Notes: generated by a model from the sequence alone, not told the origin. Positions 11,591 through 21,865 are shown, numbered from the stretch's first letter. The stretch is 64,000 nucleotides of DNA from an uncultured Verrucomicrobiae bacterium (GCA_963801815.1 CAWDGJ010000002.1:320001-384000), one strand, 5' to 3'. Numbers and translations: made by a program.

Positions 11591-12378
11591 GCGCGAAGAA
11601 CGAGCATATGGTCCAGCTGCGCGACGTCGAAAAGGAGTTCGAGAACAAGAAAGTGCTCGATAGAGTAACCCTTGAAGTTGACCCCGCGGAGCGTCTCGTG
11701 GTCATGGGGCAAAGCGGCAGCGGCAAGAGCACGATATTACGTCTGATTTTGGGAATACTGCGGCCGGACGCCGGCGATGTTTTTTTCAAACAATTCGAGA
11801 TCACGCGTTTGAAGCGCCGCAAATTGCAACAGGTGCGCCGGCACATTGGGATGGTTTATCAATACTCAGCCCTGCTGAGCTCGCGGAGCGTTCGGGACAA
11901 CGTCGCGCTGCCGCTGGAAGAGCTAACGGACGAATCGCGCAAAGAAATCGACAAGATCGTTGATGAAAAGCTCGAACTTGTCGGGATGAAGGATGCTAGG
12001 GACCTGATGCCTTCGGAATTAAGCGGCGGAATGCGCAAACGCGTCAGCCTGGCTCGAGCGCTGACAATGGAGCCGGAGCTGGTCCTGTTTGACGAACCCA
12101 CCGCCGGTCTTGACCCGGTGATCGCGTCGGTCATCGACGAGTTAATTATCAGCCTCACCGAAAATGCCAGAGTTACTTCCATCATCGTGACTCACGAGAT
12201 GGAAAGCGCCTTTCGCATCGGCACGCGAATGGCTATGTTGTATCAGGGAAAAATCATTGAGGACGCCGATCCTGAAACTTTCAAACGATCCCAAAATCCT
12301 GTCGTCGCGCAGTTCTTGAGCGGAAGCACTGAAGGCCCCATTCTGGAAGGAAGCCAAGATGCAATTGCACAAAAATGA
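11587..12378 (+). CDS. mlaF: MlaF-family ABC ATPase
   Basis: GQSGSGKS, PSELSGGMRKRV, DEPTAGLDP. ATGA overlap with mlaE (start moved to 11587). Confidence 0.95.
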   Translation: MSAKNEHMVQLRDVEKEFENKKVLDRVTLEVDPAERLVVMGQSGSGKSTILRLILGILRPDAGDVFFKQFEITRLKRRKLQQVRRHIGMVYQYSALLSSRSVRDNVALPLEELTDESRKEIDKIVDEKLELVGMKDARDLMPSELSGGMRKRVSLARALTMEPELVLFDEPTAGLDPVIASVIDELIISLTENARVTSIIVTHEMESAFRIGTRMAMLYQGKIIEDADPETFKRSQNPVVAQFLSGSTEGPILEGSQDAIAQK

Positions 12379-13366
12379 GATCATGACCGGCCTGTTGGTG
12401 GTAGGGACGGTGGCCGCGCTTATGTTCGTCTTGGTTTTGCTCGGTGCGCCCGGTCTTTTTCGTCCGTTGGTCACTTACAAAATTTACGTGGACAACGCTG
12501 CCGGCATTAAACAGGGCGCGGCCGTTATGCTCGCCGGTCGCAAGATTGGTCAGGTTCAAAAACTGTACTCGCCTGTTTCAAAGGAAGAGGAACGTCGCGC
12601 GGAAGAGGCCGCCGCCGCGTTTCATCATCCTGAACCGAACGCTGTGCCGTCAGAGGCCGACAAACCAAAATACGAAGCGAGAATTGACGTTCAGGTTGAT
12701 CGTAACGCGATCGTTTATCGCGACGCTAATGCGCGACTTATGCAACTCGGTATGCTTGGCGACATGGCGATTGATATCACCCAGGGTACTGACAGTTCCG
12801 GTCGCGCACGTGACGGCGAAATTTTTGCCGGGGAACGAACACCCGACTTCAGTGAAGCCGCCGCGAAAATGCTGGACGTGATCAAGCCGGTCGCCACGGA
12901 AGCGACCAATACGATGAAATCCCTTCAAGAAACGGCGGACAACATCAATCACCTCACTGACGAGAACTCCGAACTGAGCCAGGCGCTCGTCCAGGTGAAG
13001 TCGTTTGGCGAACACATGGCCGATCTCACCGCACCGGACAGCGCGTTGTCTCACTCGCTTAACAACATCGAAAAGATCAGCAGCAGCCTGACCGAGAATG
13101 ATAACTTGAAAGTGACGCTGCAAAATTTTCGCGATGCTTCCGATAAATTGAAGATCACCATGCGTGACCTTGAACCGGTTGGAAAAAATTTCGCCGAGTT
13201 CAGCGACACCATCAAAACGCAGCCGTGGCGGCTGGTTTATCCCACAACGAAAAAATATCCCGAAAAGTCGCCGACACCCTCGTCCAGCGAAGCCACCATC
13301 ACCGTTCGCAAAACCGCGAAACCAAAAACGACCTCGACGGCAAAGAGCAGCGGCGGAAGTCGTTGA
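12359..13366 (+). CDS. mlaD: MlaD/MCE-domain protein
   Basis: N-terminal TM, AGIK.GA.V.LAG..IGQV, G.LGD..I.I..G, then coiled coil. Confidence 0.9.
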   Translation: MQLHKNEIMTGLLVVGTVAALMFVLVLLGAPGLFRPLVTYKIYVDNAAGIKQGAAVMLAGRKIGQVQKLYSPVSKEEERRAEEAAAAFHHPEPNAVPSEADKPKYEARIDVQVDRNAIVYRDANARLMQLGMLGDMAIDITQGTDSSGRARDGEIFAGERTPDFSEAAAKMLDVIKPVATEATNTMKSLQETADNINHLTDENSELSQALVQVKSFGEHMADLTAPDSALSHSLNNIEKISSSLTENDNLKVTLQNFRDASDKLKITMRDLEPVGKNFAEFSDTIKTQPWRLVYPTTKKYPEKSPTPSSSEATITVRKTAKPKTTSTAKSSGGSR

Positions 13367-13370
13367 TTGG

Positions 13371-14471
13371 CTAAACGGCTTTTTTGGCGAGCCGCGCTTC
13401 CAGAAATTTCAAAACGGCGGCTTCGCTCGAACGAAGGTCGACGTCTTCTTTTTCCAGCGCTTCTTCGGTCAACTCCTTCAATCCGTCGATTGACTCGTGG
13501 CTGAGGTAACTCTCGAAGATCGCGGGATGCACATAGCACTTCCGGCAAATCGCCGGTGTGTTGCCAAGAATTTTGGACACGGCGTTGATCGCAGCTCTGA
13601 CGTTTGACTTGGCCTGCTTCTTATTTTCGAATTCTTCCTGCGCGTTTAAGGCAACCGCAGTCAACACGGTGCCCGCCAGCGTTCGAAAATCCTTCGCGCT
13701 GAAATCTTCGTCCGTAATTTCGCGCAAATACTCGTTCACGTCCTGCGAAGTAACGTTGCGAATCTCGCCGTCATCGCCGACGTATTGAAACAAATCCTGG
13801 CCCGGCAAATCCTGGACCTTGGAAACAATTTTCGCGATGTGCCGATCGGTCACGTCAACCTCGTGCTCTTTCCCACTTTTCCCCCGAAAACGAAACCGCA
13901 ACTTCGAGCCCTTCACTTCCACATGTCGACCTTTCATGGTGGTGAGGCCGAAGGACTTGTTGTCGCGCGCGTACTCTTCGTTGCCGATGCGGATGAAAGT
14001 CCGCTCCAGCAATTGCACGACGGTGGCGAGCACTTTGTTTCGTGGAAGACCCTGCAACTTTAGGTCTTTGGCCACGCGTCTCCGGATTTTTGGCAACGCT
14101 TTCCCGAATGCGATCATACGATCGTACTTGCTTTCATCGCGAACTTCGCGCCAGCGCTCATGATAGAGATACTGTTTGCGGTGCCGCGCATCGCGGCCCG
14201 TTGCCTGGATGTGGCCGTTCGCGCTGGGACAAATCCAAACATCCGTCCAGGCCGGCGGAATTCCCAGACGCTTGATACGCAACAGCCGTTGGTCGTCGGC
14301 AATCGACTTTCCTTCGGTGTCGACGTACTCGAAGTTGTCGCCTTTTGCTTTTCGAGTATAACCCGGCCGATCGTCGCTCACGTAACTCAAACCGGCTTCC
14401 TCGGCAGCCTCGATCGCTTCGGCGACCAATTTTGCGCCGTTCCCGTTCCCATTTTTCGCCTGACTGCGCAT
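13371..14471 (-). CDS. DNA topoisomerase IB (bacterial, poxvirus-like)
   Basis: IPPAWTDVWI, GRDA..RKQY.YH, RIGNEEY, RGKSGK, AKDFRT, GNTPAICRKCYVHP (catalytic Tyr). Confidence 0.95.
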   Translation of the reverse strand: MRSQAKNGNGNGAKLVAEAIEAAEEAGLSYVSDDRPGYTRKAKGDNFEYVDTEGKSIADDQRLLRIKRLGIPPAWTDVWICPSANGHIQATGRDARHRKQYLYHERWREVRDESKYDRMIAFGKALPKIRRRVAKDLKLQGLPRNKVLATVVQLLERTFIRIGNEEYARDNKSFGLTTMKGRHVEVKGSKLRFRFRGKSGKEHEVDVTDRHIAKIVSKVQDLPGQDLFQYVGDDGEIRNVTSQDVNEYLREITDEDFSAKDFRTLAGTVLTAVALNAQEEFENKKQAKSNVRAAINAVSKILGNTPAICRKCYVHPAIFESYLSHESIDGLKELTEEALEKEDVDLRSSEAAVLKFLEARLAKKAV

Positions 14472-14544
14472 GTAATTGAATTCGCAAGCCGATCTTCGGC
14501 CGGCGGTTTCGACTTCGACGGCGCAATGACCGCGCCTGTTCAAT

Positions 14545-14970
14545 TCAGGAGCCGTAGCTCTTAGTGAACTTTTTCTTCGACTCGCCTTCAGTGGGGCTTT
14601 CGATCGGCCCGGAGGGCTCGGCCGCCGGCTTGGGCGTTTCTGGCGTCGATTCCGCGGGAGACTGTTTCGGTTGCGCAGCGCCCTGTGTCACCTGCCGCGA
14701 AACTTCCACAAAAACCATCTGCAGGTTCGAAAGAGCGTTGCGCAACACAGTGGACTCCTCGCTCGTTAGATTGCCGCGGGTTTTTTCCTGAATCATCGAC
14801 AGTTGATCGATGAACATTTTTGCAAGCTCGAGGTTCACTTCGCCTTCGCCAGTTTTCGGGTTCGGGATTTGTCCGAGAAACAGTGCGGCGTTCTGAGCGT
14901 GCATCATCACGAACTCGATGAAGCGCTGGGAAAGCTCGCCACTTTGAGTGCTGGTTTGGACTTCAGCCAT
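14545..14970 (-). CDS. DUF1844-family protein
   Basis: A..FLG..PNP.TG...NLELAK..ID.L..I.EKTRGNLT.EE...L..AL..LQM.FV. Confidence 0.85.
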   Translation of the reverse strand: MAEVQTSTQSGELSQRFIEFVMMHAQNAALFLGQIPNPKTGEGEVNLELAKMFIDQLSMIQEKTRGNLTSEESTVLRNALSNLQMVFVEVSRQVTQGAAQPKQSPAESTPETPKPAAEPSGPIESPTEGESKKKFTKSYGS

Positions 14971-14978
14971 AAGAAGAA

Positions 14979-15060
14979 GTGATGAGTGACAGGTGACGAG
15001 TGGTAATGCTCATTAGCACAGCATTCTGCTCTCGTCACCCGTCACTTGTCACTTGTCACT
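14979..15060. repeat. Inverted pair of heptamer arrays (GTGACnn)n / (nnGTCAC)n
   Basis: gtgatga gtgacag gtgacga ... tcgtcac ccgtcac ttgtcac ttgtcac. Confidence 0.85.
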
Positions 15061-17680
15061 TCTTTTCCGGTGGCCGCACCGTCGCTAAAACATACGGTTG
15101 ATCGCGAAAATACTTTGCCGCCACTCGCTTGATCTCATCAAGCGTGACCGCGTTCGTTTCCTGTTCCAGTTTCTTGTAATAATCGAATCCGAGCCCGTAA
15201 AGCTCGTCGAGTGCAGTCTGGTAACCGAAAGAATCGTTGCTCTGCATGGCGATTTGATGTTGGCCGATCAGTTTTCGTTTCGCACGTGTCAATTCCTGGT
15301 CGGTCAAACCGTCGCTCGCCAGTTTCCGGATTTCATCGAGCAACGCCGTCTTCACCGGTTCGATCTTTTGCGGATCAGTCCCGAGATAAAACGCGAACAG
15401 CCCAGGCACCAGTCCCTGCATTTGGCTCGCCCCAACGTAGTAGGCCAGGCCCATGTTTTCGCGAATGCGAACGAAGAAACGCGAGCCAAGATCACTGCTC
15501 GCTTCATCGATAAGCTCGAGCGCATATCGGTCCTTGTCGAACATATCGACACCGCGATACCCGACCATGATTACGCCCTGGGCTTTCTCTTTATTGCTTT
15601 CCACGCTTTCCGTTTTCGTAATCGGCGCCGAGGGACGCGCGTCAGTCAACGCGAGCACGCCGGGTTTCATTTTGCCAAGCGTTTGTTCAAAAAGCTGTTT
15701 CACTTCGGCTGCGTTTACGTTTCCGAAAACGGCAACCACGCCGTTCTTGGCCACAATGTATTTGTCGCGGAATGCGACGAGATCTTTTTGCGTGAGATGC
15801 TGGACGGAATCAGCGGAACCATTGGACCGTAACGCGTAGGGATGGTCGGTAAACAACGCCTGGCGCAAAATATTGCGCGCGACCATCGTCAACTGTTCGT
15901 CTTCCTGTTTGATCCCGGCGACCTGAACCTGCTTTTCGCGCTCGATCACCTTCTCGGGAAAATTCGCATTGAGTAAAACGTCAGCGAGCAAATCGGCGCC
16001 GGTTTTCAAATCCGGCTTCATCACGTGGACGGAGACGCTCATGCTGTTGTTGCCGGCGTCGCTCGAAATCGATCCGCCGATCGCTTCGATTTGATCCGCG
16101 ATCTGCTCGCCCGTACGCGTATTCGTTCCCTTAAGCAACACGCGCGACGTCAACCGCGTGATTCCGTTTGTCGGTCGCGTTTCGGCGAGCAAACCGCCTC
16201 GAAAAACCGCCGTCATCGAAACCAGCGGCAATCGCGGATCTTCGCGCACAAGTAACCGCAGGCCGTTGGAAAGTTCGAACTTTTGAATTTCTCCAGCCGC
16301 GATCGGTTTCGCTGCTTCCTGTTTTTCAGCAAGTGAGCCCTTCGGATTTAACGAGGCGACGGTCAGGTTTTGATCGACGAGGTACTTCGCGGCGACGTGT
16401 TTAATGTCGTCGAGCGTGACTTTCTGGACGGCAGTCAGATAATCACGACTGAAATCGAGGTTACGGGTAAGTAGCCAGTTCGATCCCATATCCGACGCCT
16501 GTCCGCGCATGGTCGTGAGTGCATCAAGGTGATGGCTCAACGACATCTTCTTCGCCTTCATCAATTCATCGGCGGTCACGCCCGCTTGTTTCACCTCATC
16601 AATGATCTGCCGGATCAAATGCTGGGCTTCGTCGCGCTTTTTCGGATCAACCGTGGCATCGACACCGAACAAACCCGGATCGCCCGGAGTGTAGGAGAAG
16701 GCCGACACACTAAAAGCGAGTCCCGCCTGTTCGCGCACCCGCCGATACAAACGGGAGCTTCGGCCATCGCCCAAAATTCCGGCGAGCAGATCGATTGCCG
16801 GAACGTCCGGATGGGTGAGCTCGGGAATGTGCCAGGCCAATGAAAGCCGGCTCAGTTCGGTCGCGAACTCGTTATGAACTTCGCGCCGCCCAAGTTGCGG
16901 CGGTTCTTCCGGCACGAAGACCGGCTTGAGAGACTTCTCGGGGTAATCTTTGAAATAATCCGCGAGCTGCTGGCGGATTTTTTCGGCATCGACATCGCCG
17001 ACCACGATAAAAGTAAGATTGTTCGGCACGTAGCGCGACTTGTAGTACTGCATCACCTGCTCCTGGGTGAGCTGGTTGTAGATCTCGATCTCGCCAATGA
17101 CCGGGAACCGGTACGGATGTCGCTGATATGCGGTTGCAAAAAGGAGTTGGCCAGACTGGCGATCGGGATCGTCTAAACCCATGGCGAATTCGCGCCGAAT
17201 CACTTCCTGTTCTTTCACGTATTCTTCCGGCGGCAATGTGGAGTTCATCATCGCGTCGGACAAAACGTTGAGCGCGGTTTCTACACCGTCCTTCGGTACA
17301 TCGATCCAAAAGACGGTGCGGTCGAATGAGGTGTAGGCATTAATGTAACCGCCGACGTCCTGAATTTTTTGGGCGATATCGTTGGCTTTCCGGGTCTTCG
17401 TTCCCTTGAACAACATGTGCTCAAGGATGTGCGAAAGACCGGCACCGAGTTTGTCATCTTCGTAAATGCTCCCGGTGCCGCACCACGCCTGCACGCTCGC
17501 CACAGGCGCACTGCGGTCTTCTTTCACGATCAAGGTGAGGCCGTCGGGAAGAACCCATTTCTTCGCCGTGTTCGGCGGGAACGTGATGGCTTCGACGTCA
17601 TTCGTGGTCGAAGGTTTACAAGCGTTCAAATTCACCATGGCAAAGACAAAGGCGGAAACGAGGACTATAACGCGATACAC
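15056..17680 (-). CDS. M16 (pitrilysin/insulinase) zinc protease, two-module
   Basis: HILEH (HXXEH), NAYTSFD, EQEVIRRE. Second module lacks the motif. N-terminal signal/lipoprotein-like segment. Confidence 0.95.
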   Translation of the reverse strand: MYRVIVLVSAFVFAMVNLNACKPSTTNDVEAITFPPNTAKKWVLPDGLTLIVKEDRSAPVASVQAWCGTGSIYEDDKLGAGLSHILEHMLFKGTKTRKANDIAQKIQDVGGYINAYTSFDRTVFWIDVPKDGVETALNVLSDAMMNSTLPPEEYVKEQEVIRREFAMGLDDPDRQSGQLLFATAYQRHPYRFPVIGEIEIYNQLTQEQVMQYYKSRYVPNNLTFIVVGDVDAEKIRQQLADYFKDYPEKSLKPVFVPEEPPQLGRREVHNEFATELSRLSLAWHIPELTHPDVPAIDLLAGILGDGRSSRLYRRVREQAGLAFSVSAFSYTPGDPGLFGVDATVDPKKRDEAQHLIRQIIDEVKQAGVTADELMKAKKMSLSHHLDALTTMRGQASDMGSNWLLTRNLDFSRDYLTAVQKVTLDDIKHVAAKYLVDQNLTVASLNPKGSLAEKQEAAKPIAAGEIQKFELSNGLRLLVREDPRLPLVSMTAVFRGGLLAETRPTNGITRLTSRVLLKGTNTRTGEQIADQIEAIGGSISSDAGNNSMSVSVHVMKPDLKTGADLLADVLLNANFPEKVIEREKQVQVAGIKQEDEQLTMVARNILRQALFTDHPYALRSNGSADSVQHLTQKDLVAFRDKYIVAKNGVVAVFGNVNAAEVKQLFEQTLGKMKPGVLALTDARPSAPITKTESVESNKEKAQGVIMVGYRGVDMFDKDRYALELIDEASSDLGSRFFVRIRENMGLAYYVGASQMQGLVPGLFAFYLGTDPQKIEPVKTALLDEIRKLASDGLTDQELTRAKRKLIGQHQIAMQSNDSFGYQTALDELYGLGFDYYKKLEQETNAVTLDEIKRVAAKYFRDQPYVLATVRPPEKK

Positions 17681-17722
17681 AAATTATTGCTTATTTGATT
17701 CCCAATCAGCCGCGCCGTTCGA

Positions 17723-18151
17723 TCAGGAAGTCTTCGGCGCCGGCAAACCCGGACGGGGTTCGACTTTTTTCTCCGGTGCGAACGGTTTCACGAACGCTTC
17801 CTGGAAGTCATAAACGTTTTTGAAATCTTCGATCGAATCCTCGTCGGTTTTCCCAAAGATTCCCGCGCCGATGAGATTAAAAACCATGTGGCCGATGTCC
17901 TCGGTCGCGTGAATCCCCCAATTTTCAAAAACAGTCATCACCAGCGGTCCAAATTCCTTGAGTGCATATTGGCGAACTCCCCCAAGCAGCTCGGGCCCGG
18001 AAACGTGTCGAATGGTTGTACCTTTCACTTTCTTCTGTTGCTTGGTCGTCAAATCGAGCGCGTCGCGGAGAAAAATGTAAGCCTCGCGTTGATAGCGATG
18101 GTCGGTCGCGACGATGGAATCGAGCGCTTCGGCAAATCCAATTTTCTGCAT
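17723..18151 (-). CDS. Minf_1886-type conserved protein (Verrucomicrobia/Planctomycetes)
   Basis: Y..EAY.F...AL..T...HVSG.ELL.G.R.YA..EFG......V...WG....EDIG.MVFNLI..G.FGKT.EDS..DF. Confidence 0.8.
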   Translation of the reverse strand: MQKIGFAEALDSIVATDHRYQREAYIFLRDALDLTTKQQKKVKGTTIRHVSGPELLGGVRQYALKEFGPLVMTVFENWGIHATEDIGHMVFNLIGAGIFGKTDEDSIEDFKNVYDFQEAFVKPFAPEKKVEPRPGLPAPKTS

Positions 18152-18266
18152 TAATGAAAAAGCGCGGCTTAACCGCGCCTACTAATCTAGTTGGCAAACC
18201 TGCTCTCGGCAACTACCGGGAACGGTGGCCGGCTTAGACCGGCCACCATCATTCCGCTCTTCGAAA

Positions 18267-19232
18267 TCAGTAGCCGCTGGCGTAATTGCGCAATCCCATG
18301 GCGTTGAGCGTTTCAGTGGTTAACTCGCCGCTGATACCAAGACCATGTTTGGTTTGAAACCGCACAATCGCGTGCCGCGTTTCCGGTCCCATAACACCAT
18401 CGATTTGCCCGCGATAAAAACCGTCTCGGCTCAAACGATCCTGAGCAGCCGCGACGGCCGAATTCCCGGACTGACCGCCATAACCATTTTGGTATCCGGA
18501 CTGGTCATTGTAGCCGTTGTTGTAGCCAGACTGGTCGCCGGGATCGGTATATCCGTATCCGTAATCACCGTTGTACCCGTTCGGGTAGTAACCGTAGTTG
18601 TACGGATAATCGTAGTAGCCGTAACCATAGTACGGGTAATCCCACCACGGCCACCAAGGATAAAATCCGAGATCAAAGGCAAACCAGGAGCCGCCGATGA
18701 AACACCACCGATGGCCGTGCCAAAAGTGGTCGTGATGATGATCCCAATTGGCGCGCCAGTTTGCCGAATGTTGTGCGACGACGTGGCTACGCCAGTTCGA
18801 CGCGAGTCGGTTCCCGTTCTGGAATTGCCTCGTGCCGGTTCGCTGATTGTGGAGCACAGCGTTGTTTCGCGCGAAACCATTTCCATTTTGAGCGAGATGG
18901 GAACTGTTTCTGAACTGATTCGCTCGGTTAACTCCCATATTCCCGGAGTTGAATTGCCGCGCAACGACCGGCGCACTCGACGTCGAGTGGACAAAACGCT
19001 GGCCATACACTGGCCCACGCATTCCGACGGAGGAGAAATGTCGACCAGAATACATCATTCGACCACCGCCCGCCGGCATCGAACGAAACGATGAGCTAAC
19101 ACCGCCTCGGGACACGCCGGAGTGACCCGAGACAAAATTCCCGCCGCCGCCGTTATGATGGCCGCTGGCGTAGGCACCTCCAACAAAAGCCGCGCTTGTA
19201 AGCAGTGCGACCGCTAACAGTTTAATTTTCAT
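18267..19232 (-). CDS. Exported low-complexity (Gly/His/Trp/Tyr-rich) protein with C-terminal peptidoglycan-binding domain
   Basis: Signal peptide MKIKLLAVALL...AYA. C-terminal Q..L...G.Y.G.IDG..GP.TR.AI..FQ...GL..SG.L...TL. Start moved to 19232. Confidence 0.9.
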   Translation of the reverse strand: MKIKLLAVALLTSAAFVGGAYASGHHNGGGGNFVSGHSGVSRGGVSSSFRSMPAGGGRMMYSGRHFSSVGMRGPVYGQRFVHSTSSAPVVARQFNSGNMGVNRANQFRNSSHLAQNGNGFARNNAVLHNQRTGTRQFQNGNRLASNWRSHVVAQHSANWRANWDHHHDHFWHGHRWCFIGGSWFAFDLGFYPWWPWWDYPYYGYGYYDYPYNYGYYPNGYNGDYGYGYTDPGDQSGYNNGYNDQSGYQNGYGGQSGNSAVAAAQDRLSRDGFYRGQIDGVMGPETRHAIVRFQTKHGLGISGELTTETLNAMGLRNYASGY

Positions 19233-19344
19233 ATAGATCCTTCGAGGTTGAGTTGTACTTATTGAACCACTCAGTTTAAGTAGTGTTGCACACGAACTTG
19301 CCCCTTTCGCCCGGTTTCTGCACGGCTTCGTCCCGCCATGCCGG

Positions 19345-20598
19345 TCAGAACTCCAGTTCCATCGCGTCGAGATAAATCGAGAGTGCATCCCTTCTTCTTG
19401 GCTTTTGAGACTCGCTGGCAGTGTCCGCTTTCAGATAATCGTCAAACAACCCACTCGACGTCTCCAGTTTAGCAGCCTCGAACCAGTTCATGTAGTCATC
19501 GATATTGCTCATCCGGACGGAGAGTCTTTCGCGCATGGCTTTTAATTTAGCCAGGCGAGCCGCGATGCCGCGATTTCTCCCAAGGGCAAGCTGCTCGGCA
19601 ATCTGTTGATAATCCTGAATCACAGGGCGCAACACCGGATTCGCATGTACGGTCTGCAAGCACAATTCCTCGGCCAACTTTCGCAGCGCCAGACGTTGAG
19701 CCGACGTCGGCTTGATTCGCATAAATTCATCAAGTCGCATCGATTTGCTCAAGGTTTCGTTCAATTTCGCCTGGGTCTCTGAAAACGTGAGAAGGCCCCG
19801 CTCGGCCGATTTCACGCCGGAAATCCTCGATCTCCAGGCTTTTTCAAAATCACCAACTGCGGGAAACGCAGCCTGCAGATCTGCCAGCGGATCGGTTGAA
19901 CCACGAGCGAGATTTTCGATGTAACGCCCGAGTTGAGCGCGACCGTTTGGACTCTCGGCAAGCAATTGCACAAGAACGAACGAATAAGCGCCATAAAGTT
20001 CCCTTGCTGCCGAATCGAGCAATTCCGGGCGTTGATGCAAAAACTCTTCAAGTGAACTGGGACTCGCCGGCACAGACAAAACAGCCGCGAGAGGCGCATG
20101 GTCGCGATTTGGCGCCGATTGAAGAAGCCCGTCCACCAGCCAGGTTGGCGGATCAACATATGCGTCTCCGAAAACGATTCTGGCCCGATTTCGGTAAATC
20201 ATTTCCAACAGCACAGCGCGAACGAGCTCGCGCTCGATTGCGGTCGGATTGATCTCGAGTGAAATGGCGACGTCGAGCTGCAGTTTCAAACCCATTTCGG
20301 TTTGGCTCAATCCGAGGTCCGTCGCCGGAATTTCCGGCAAATTTACAGCGCGCGGTTGCAAGTTAATGACGATGGGAATTTTCCAGTTGTCGCGTCGCTT
20401 CAAGACGGCGAGCAGATCGGCCCTGGTTTTTTCGGCGATCGCGGAGATCACGCCGCGATACGCGGCGTCGACACCATAGATGATGAATTGTCCGGACGGG
20501 CTCACGCTACGCCCAGCAGGTTCGAGCCCGCATAGGGCGAAACGAAAGACCAAAAGGAAGAGCGAGGCGACGAAAACTCGGGGGATCCGGGGGTTCAC
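19345..20598 (-). CDS. Hypothetical exported protein
   Basis: 417-aa ORF with N-terminal hydrophobic segment, no competing long ORF. Confidence 0.75.
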   Translation of the reverse strand: MNPRIPRVFVASLFLLVFRFALCGLEPAGRSVSPSGQFIIYGVDAAYRGVISAIAEKTRADLLAVLKRRDNWKIPIVINLQPRAVNLPEIPATDLGLSQTEMGLKLQLDVAISLEINPTAIERELVRAVLLEMIYRNRARIVFGDAYVDPPTWLVDGLLQSAPNRDHAPLAAVLSVPASPSSLEEFLHQRPELLDSAARELYGAYSFVLVQLLAESPNGRAQLGRYIENLARGSTDPLADLQAAFPAVGDFEKAWRSRISGVKSAERGLLTFSETQAKLNETLSKSMRLDEFMRIKPTSAQRLALRKLAEELCLQTVHANPVLRPVIQDYQQIAEQLALGRNRGIAARLAKLKAMRERLSVRMSNIDDYMNWFEAAKLETSSGLFDDYLKADTASESQKPRRRDALSIYLDAMELEF

Positions 20599-20705
20599 AG
20601 ACAGCGCCGCCAGAATAGTTGCCCGGTGCTCGAAATGGCGAGCACCTATTTTCGATCAAAAAAAGGTGAAACTCAGAGCTGTTACTTACGTCCAATCTCC
20701 GGAAG

Positions 20706-21521
20706 TCAAAGACTAGTTTGATTGGCTGGTTGGCTGGCTGGCGGAGCCGAAGGCGACGGCGCACTCCCGGCCACTCCCTTAACGGCCGGCGGCGCCATTA
20801 TAACGTTGCCGTCATGGAAAGCGACGCTGTTCATCTTGCTTACCAATTTTCGCTCGCGATCCAGCGCGGCCCAGACATCCTTAAAAATAATATTAGCGTA
20901 TCGCATGATTGAAGGATGAATCGGCAAGCGCCCGATCCAACCGCCAGTATTTACCACCGAAATCTGTTTCGCATGGTCATCCATCCGATAAGACACTTGG
21001 CTGTAAATAGGGTATCCGAAAATCGAACGTTCCCATCCAATGATGCAAATTCCTTCCTTAAAGACGACCGCTGCGCGGTCAAAGTTTAAGAACGGCTTGT
21101 CCAATACCTTCTTCTTTCCCGCCAATCGATATGCGAGGTAGGCGTTAATGTCCTTGTCTGAGTAATTGAGCGTCACCGATTTCCGGATTGCGTTTTCCAA
21201 TTCGAGGTCGAGTTGCACCGGCGACGAAACTTTGACGGGGGGAGGAAACTCCGGTGGCAGCACCATCTGGATCAGGCCGGCCGCCGCGACGGCCCCGAGC
21301 ATTAACTTGAGAGCCGTTAAAAGATTCCGACGGGTCCGGCTCGGGCCCTGCAGCAATTTCCGCAACCGACGATGCGTTTCCTCAGCGTTGTCGATTTTTT
21401 TCTTCGAAATCACCCCGGAGCGATCCAATCGTTCTCCACAATTGTGGCAATAAATGCGCTCAGCCTCATTTTCGTGGCGGCATTCTGCACAAACCAATTT
21501 ACGCGTTGTCGTTGTGGTCAT
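20706..21521 (-). CDS. Zinc-ribbon membrane protein of unknown function
   Basis: C..C..EN....YC..CG.RL, single TM. ATGA overlap with upstream gene. Confidence 0.8.
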   Translation of the reverse strand: MTTTTTRKLVCAECRHENEAERIYCHNCGERLDRSGVISKKKIDNAEETHRRLRKLLQGPSRTRRNLLTALKLMLGAVAAAGLIQMVLPPEFPPPVKVSSPVQLDLELENAIRKSVTLNYSDKDINAYLAYRLAGKKKVLDKPFLNFDRAAVVFKEGICIIGWERSIFGYPIYSQVSYRMDDHAKQISVVNTGGWIGRLPIHPSIMRYANIIFKDVWAALDRERKLVSKMNSVAFHDGNVIMAPPAVKGVAGSAPSPSAPPASQPANQTSL

Positions 21522-21865
21522 GGTGCCGATTCCTTCTTGGATTTGGTTGAAGGAGTTGATGGCGAGGTCTTTGACGTTTTCCCTTCCTTGCTGGCCGGTT
21601 TTTCACCGCTCGCGCTCGCAGGCGAAGGCGCTTCCTTCTTGGCCGCTTCCTGATACGCCTTACTGCGATAGTCCGTGCTGTAAAATCCGGAGCCCTTAAA
21701 AATAATTCCGGCACCCGTTCCAAGCAGGCGTTTCACCCTGCCGTGCCCCCATTTTGGCAACCGGCAAAGCTCTTTCGGGCATTGGGTAAATGGTTTATCG
21801 CGCATCGATTGGAATGCTTCGAAGTTTTGATCGCATTTTTGGCAGTGGTATTCGTAAGTCGGCAT
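21518..21865 (-). CDS. FmdB-family zinc ribbon protein
   Basis: MPTYEYHCQKC...FE..QSM.D.P...CP...FKGSGFY.TDY. Confidence 0.92.
   Translation of the reverse strand: MPTYEYHCQKCDQNFEAFQSMRDKPFTQCPKELCRLPKWGHGRVKRLLGTGAGIIFKGSGFYSTDYRSKAYQEAAKKEAPSPASASGEKPASKEGKTSKTSPSTPSTKSKKESAP

Noticed and set aside
14979..15060. Heptamer and ~9-mer arrays (also 27913, 30657, 57024) as CRISPR arrays
   Set aside because: Units are 7-10 bp with no unique spacers, and there are no cas genes in the window.
18157..18247. Two hairpins upstream of the Minf_1886-type gene as a riboswitch or attenuator
   Set aside because: No recognisable aptamer. Adequately explained as terminator-like hairpins after the peptidoglycan-binding gene.
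18345..19094. 249-aa plus-strand ORF (and similar long overlapping ORFs at 33385, 37025, 24711, 44917)
   Set aside because: Shadow ORFs of well-supported genes in GC-rich DNA, with no motifs.
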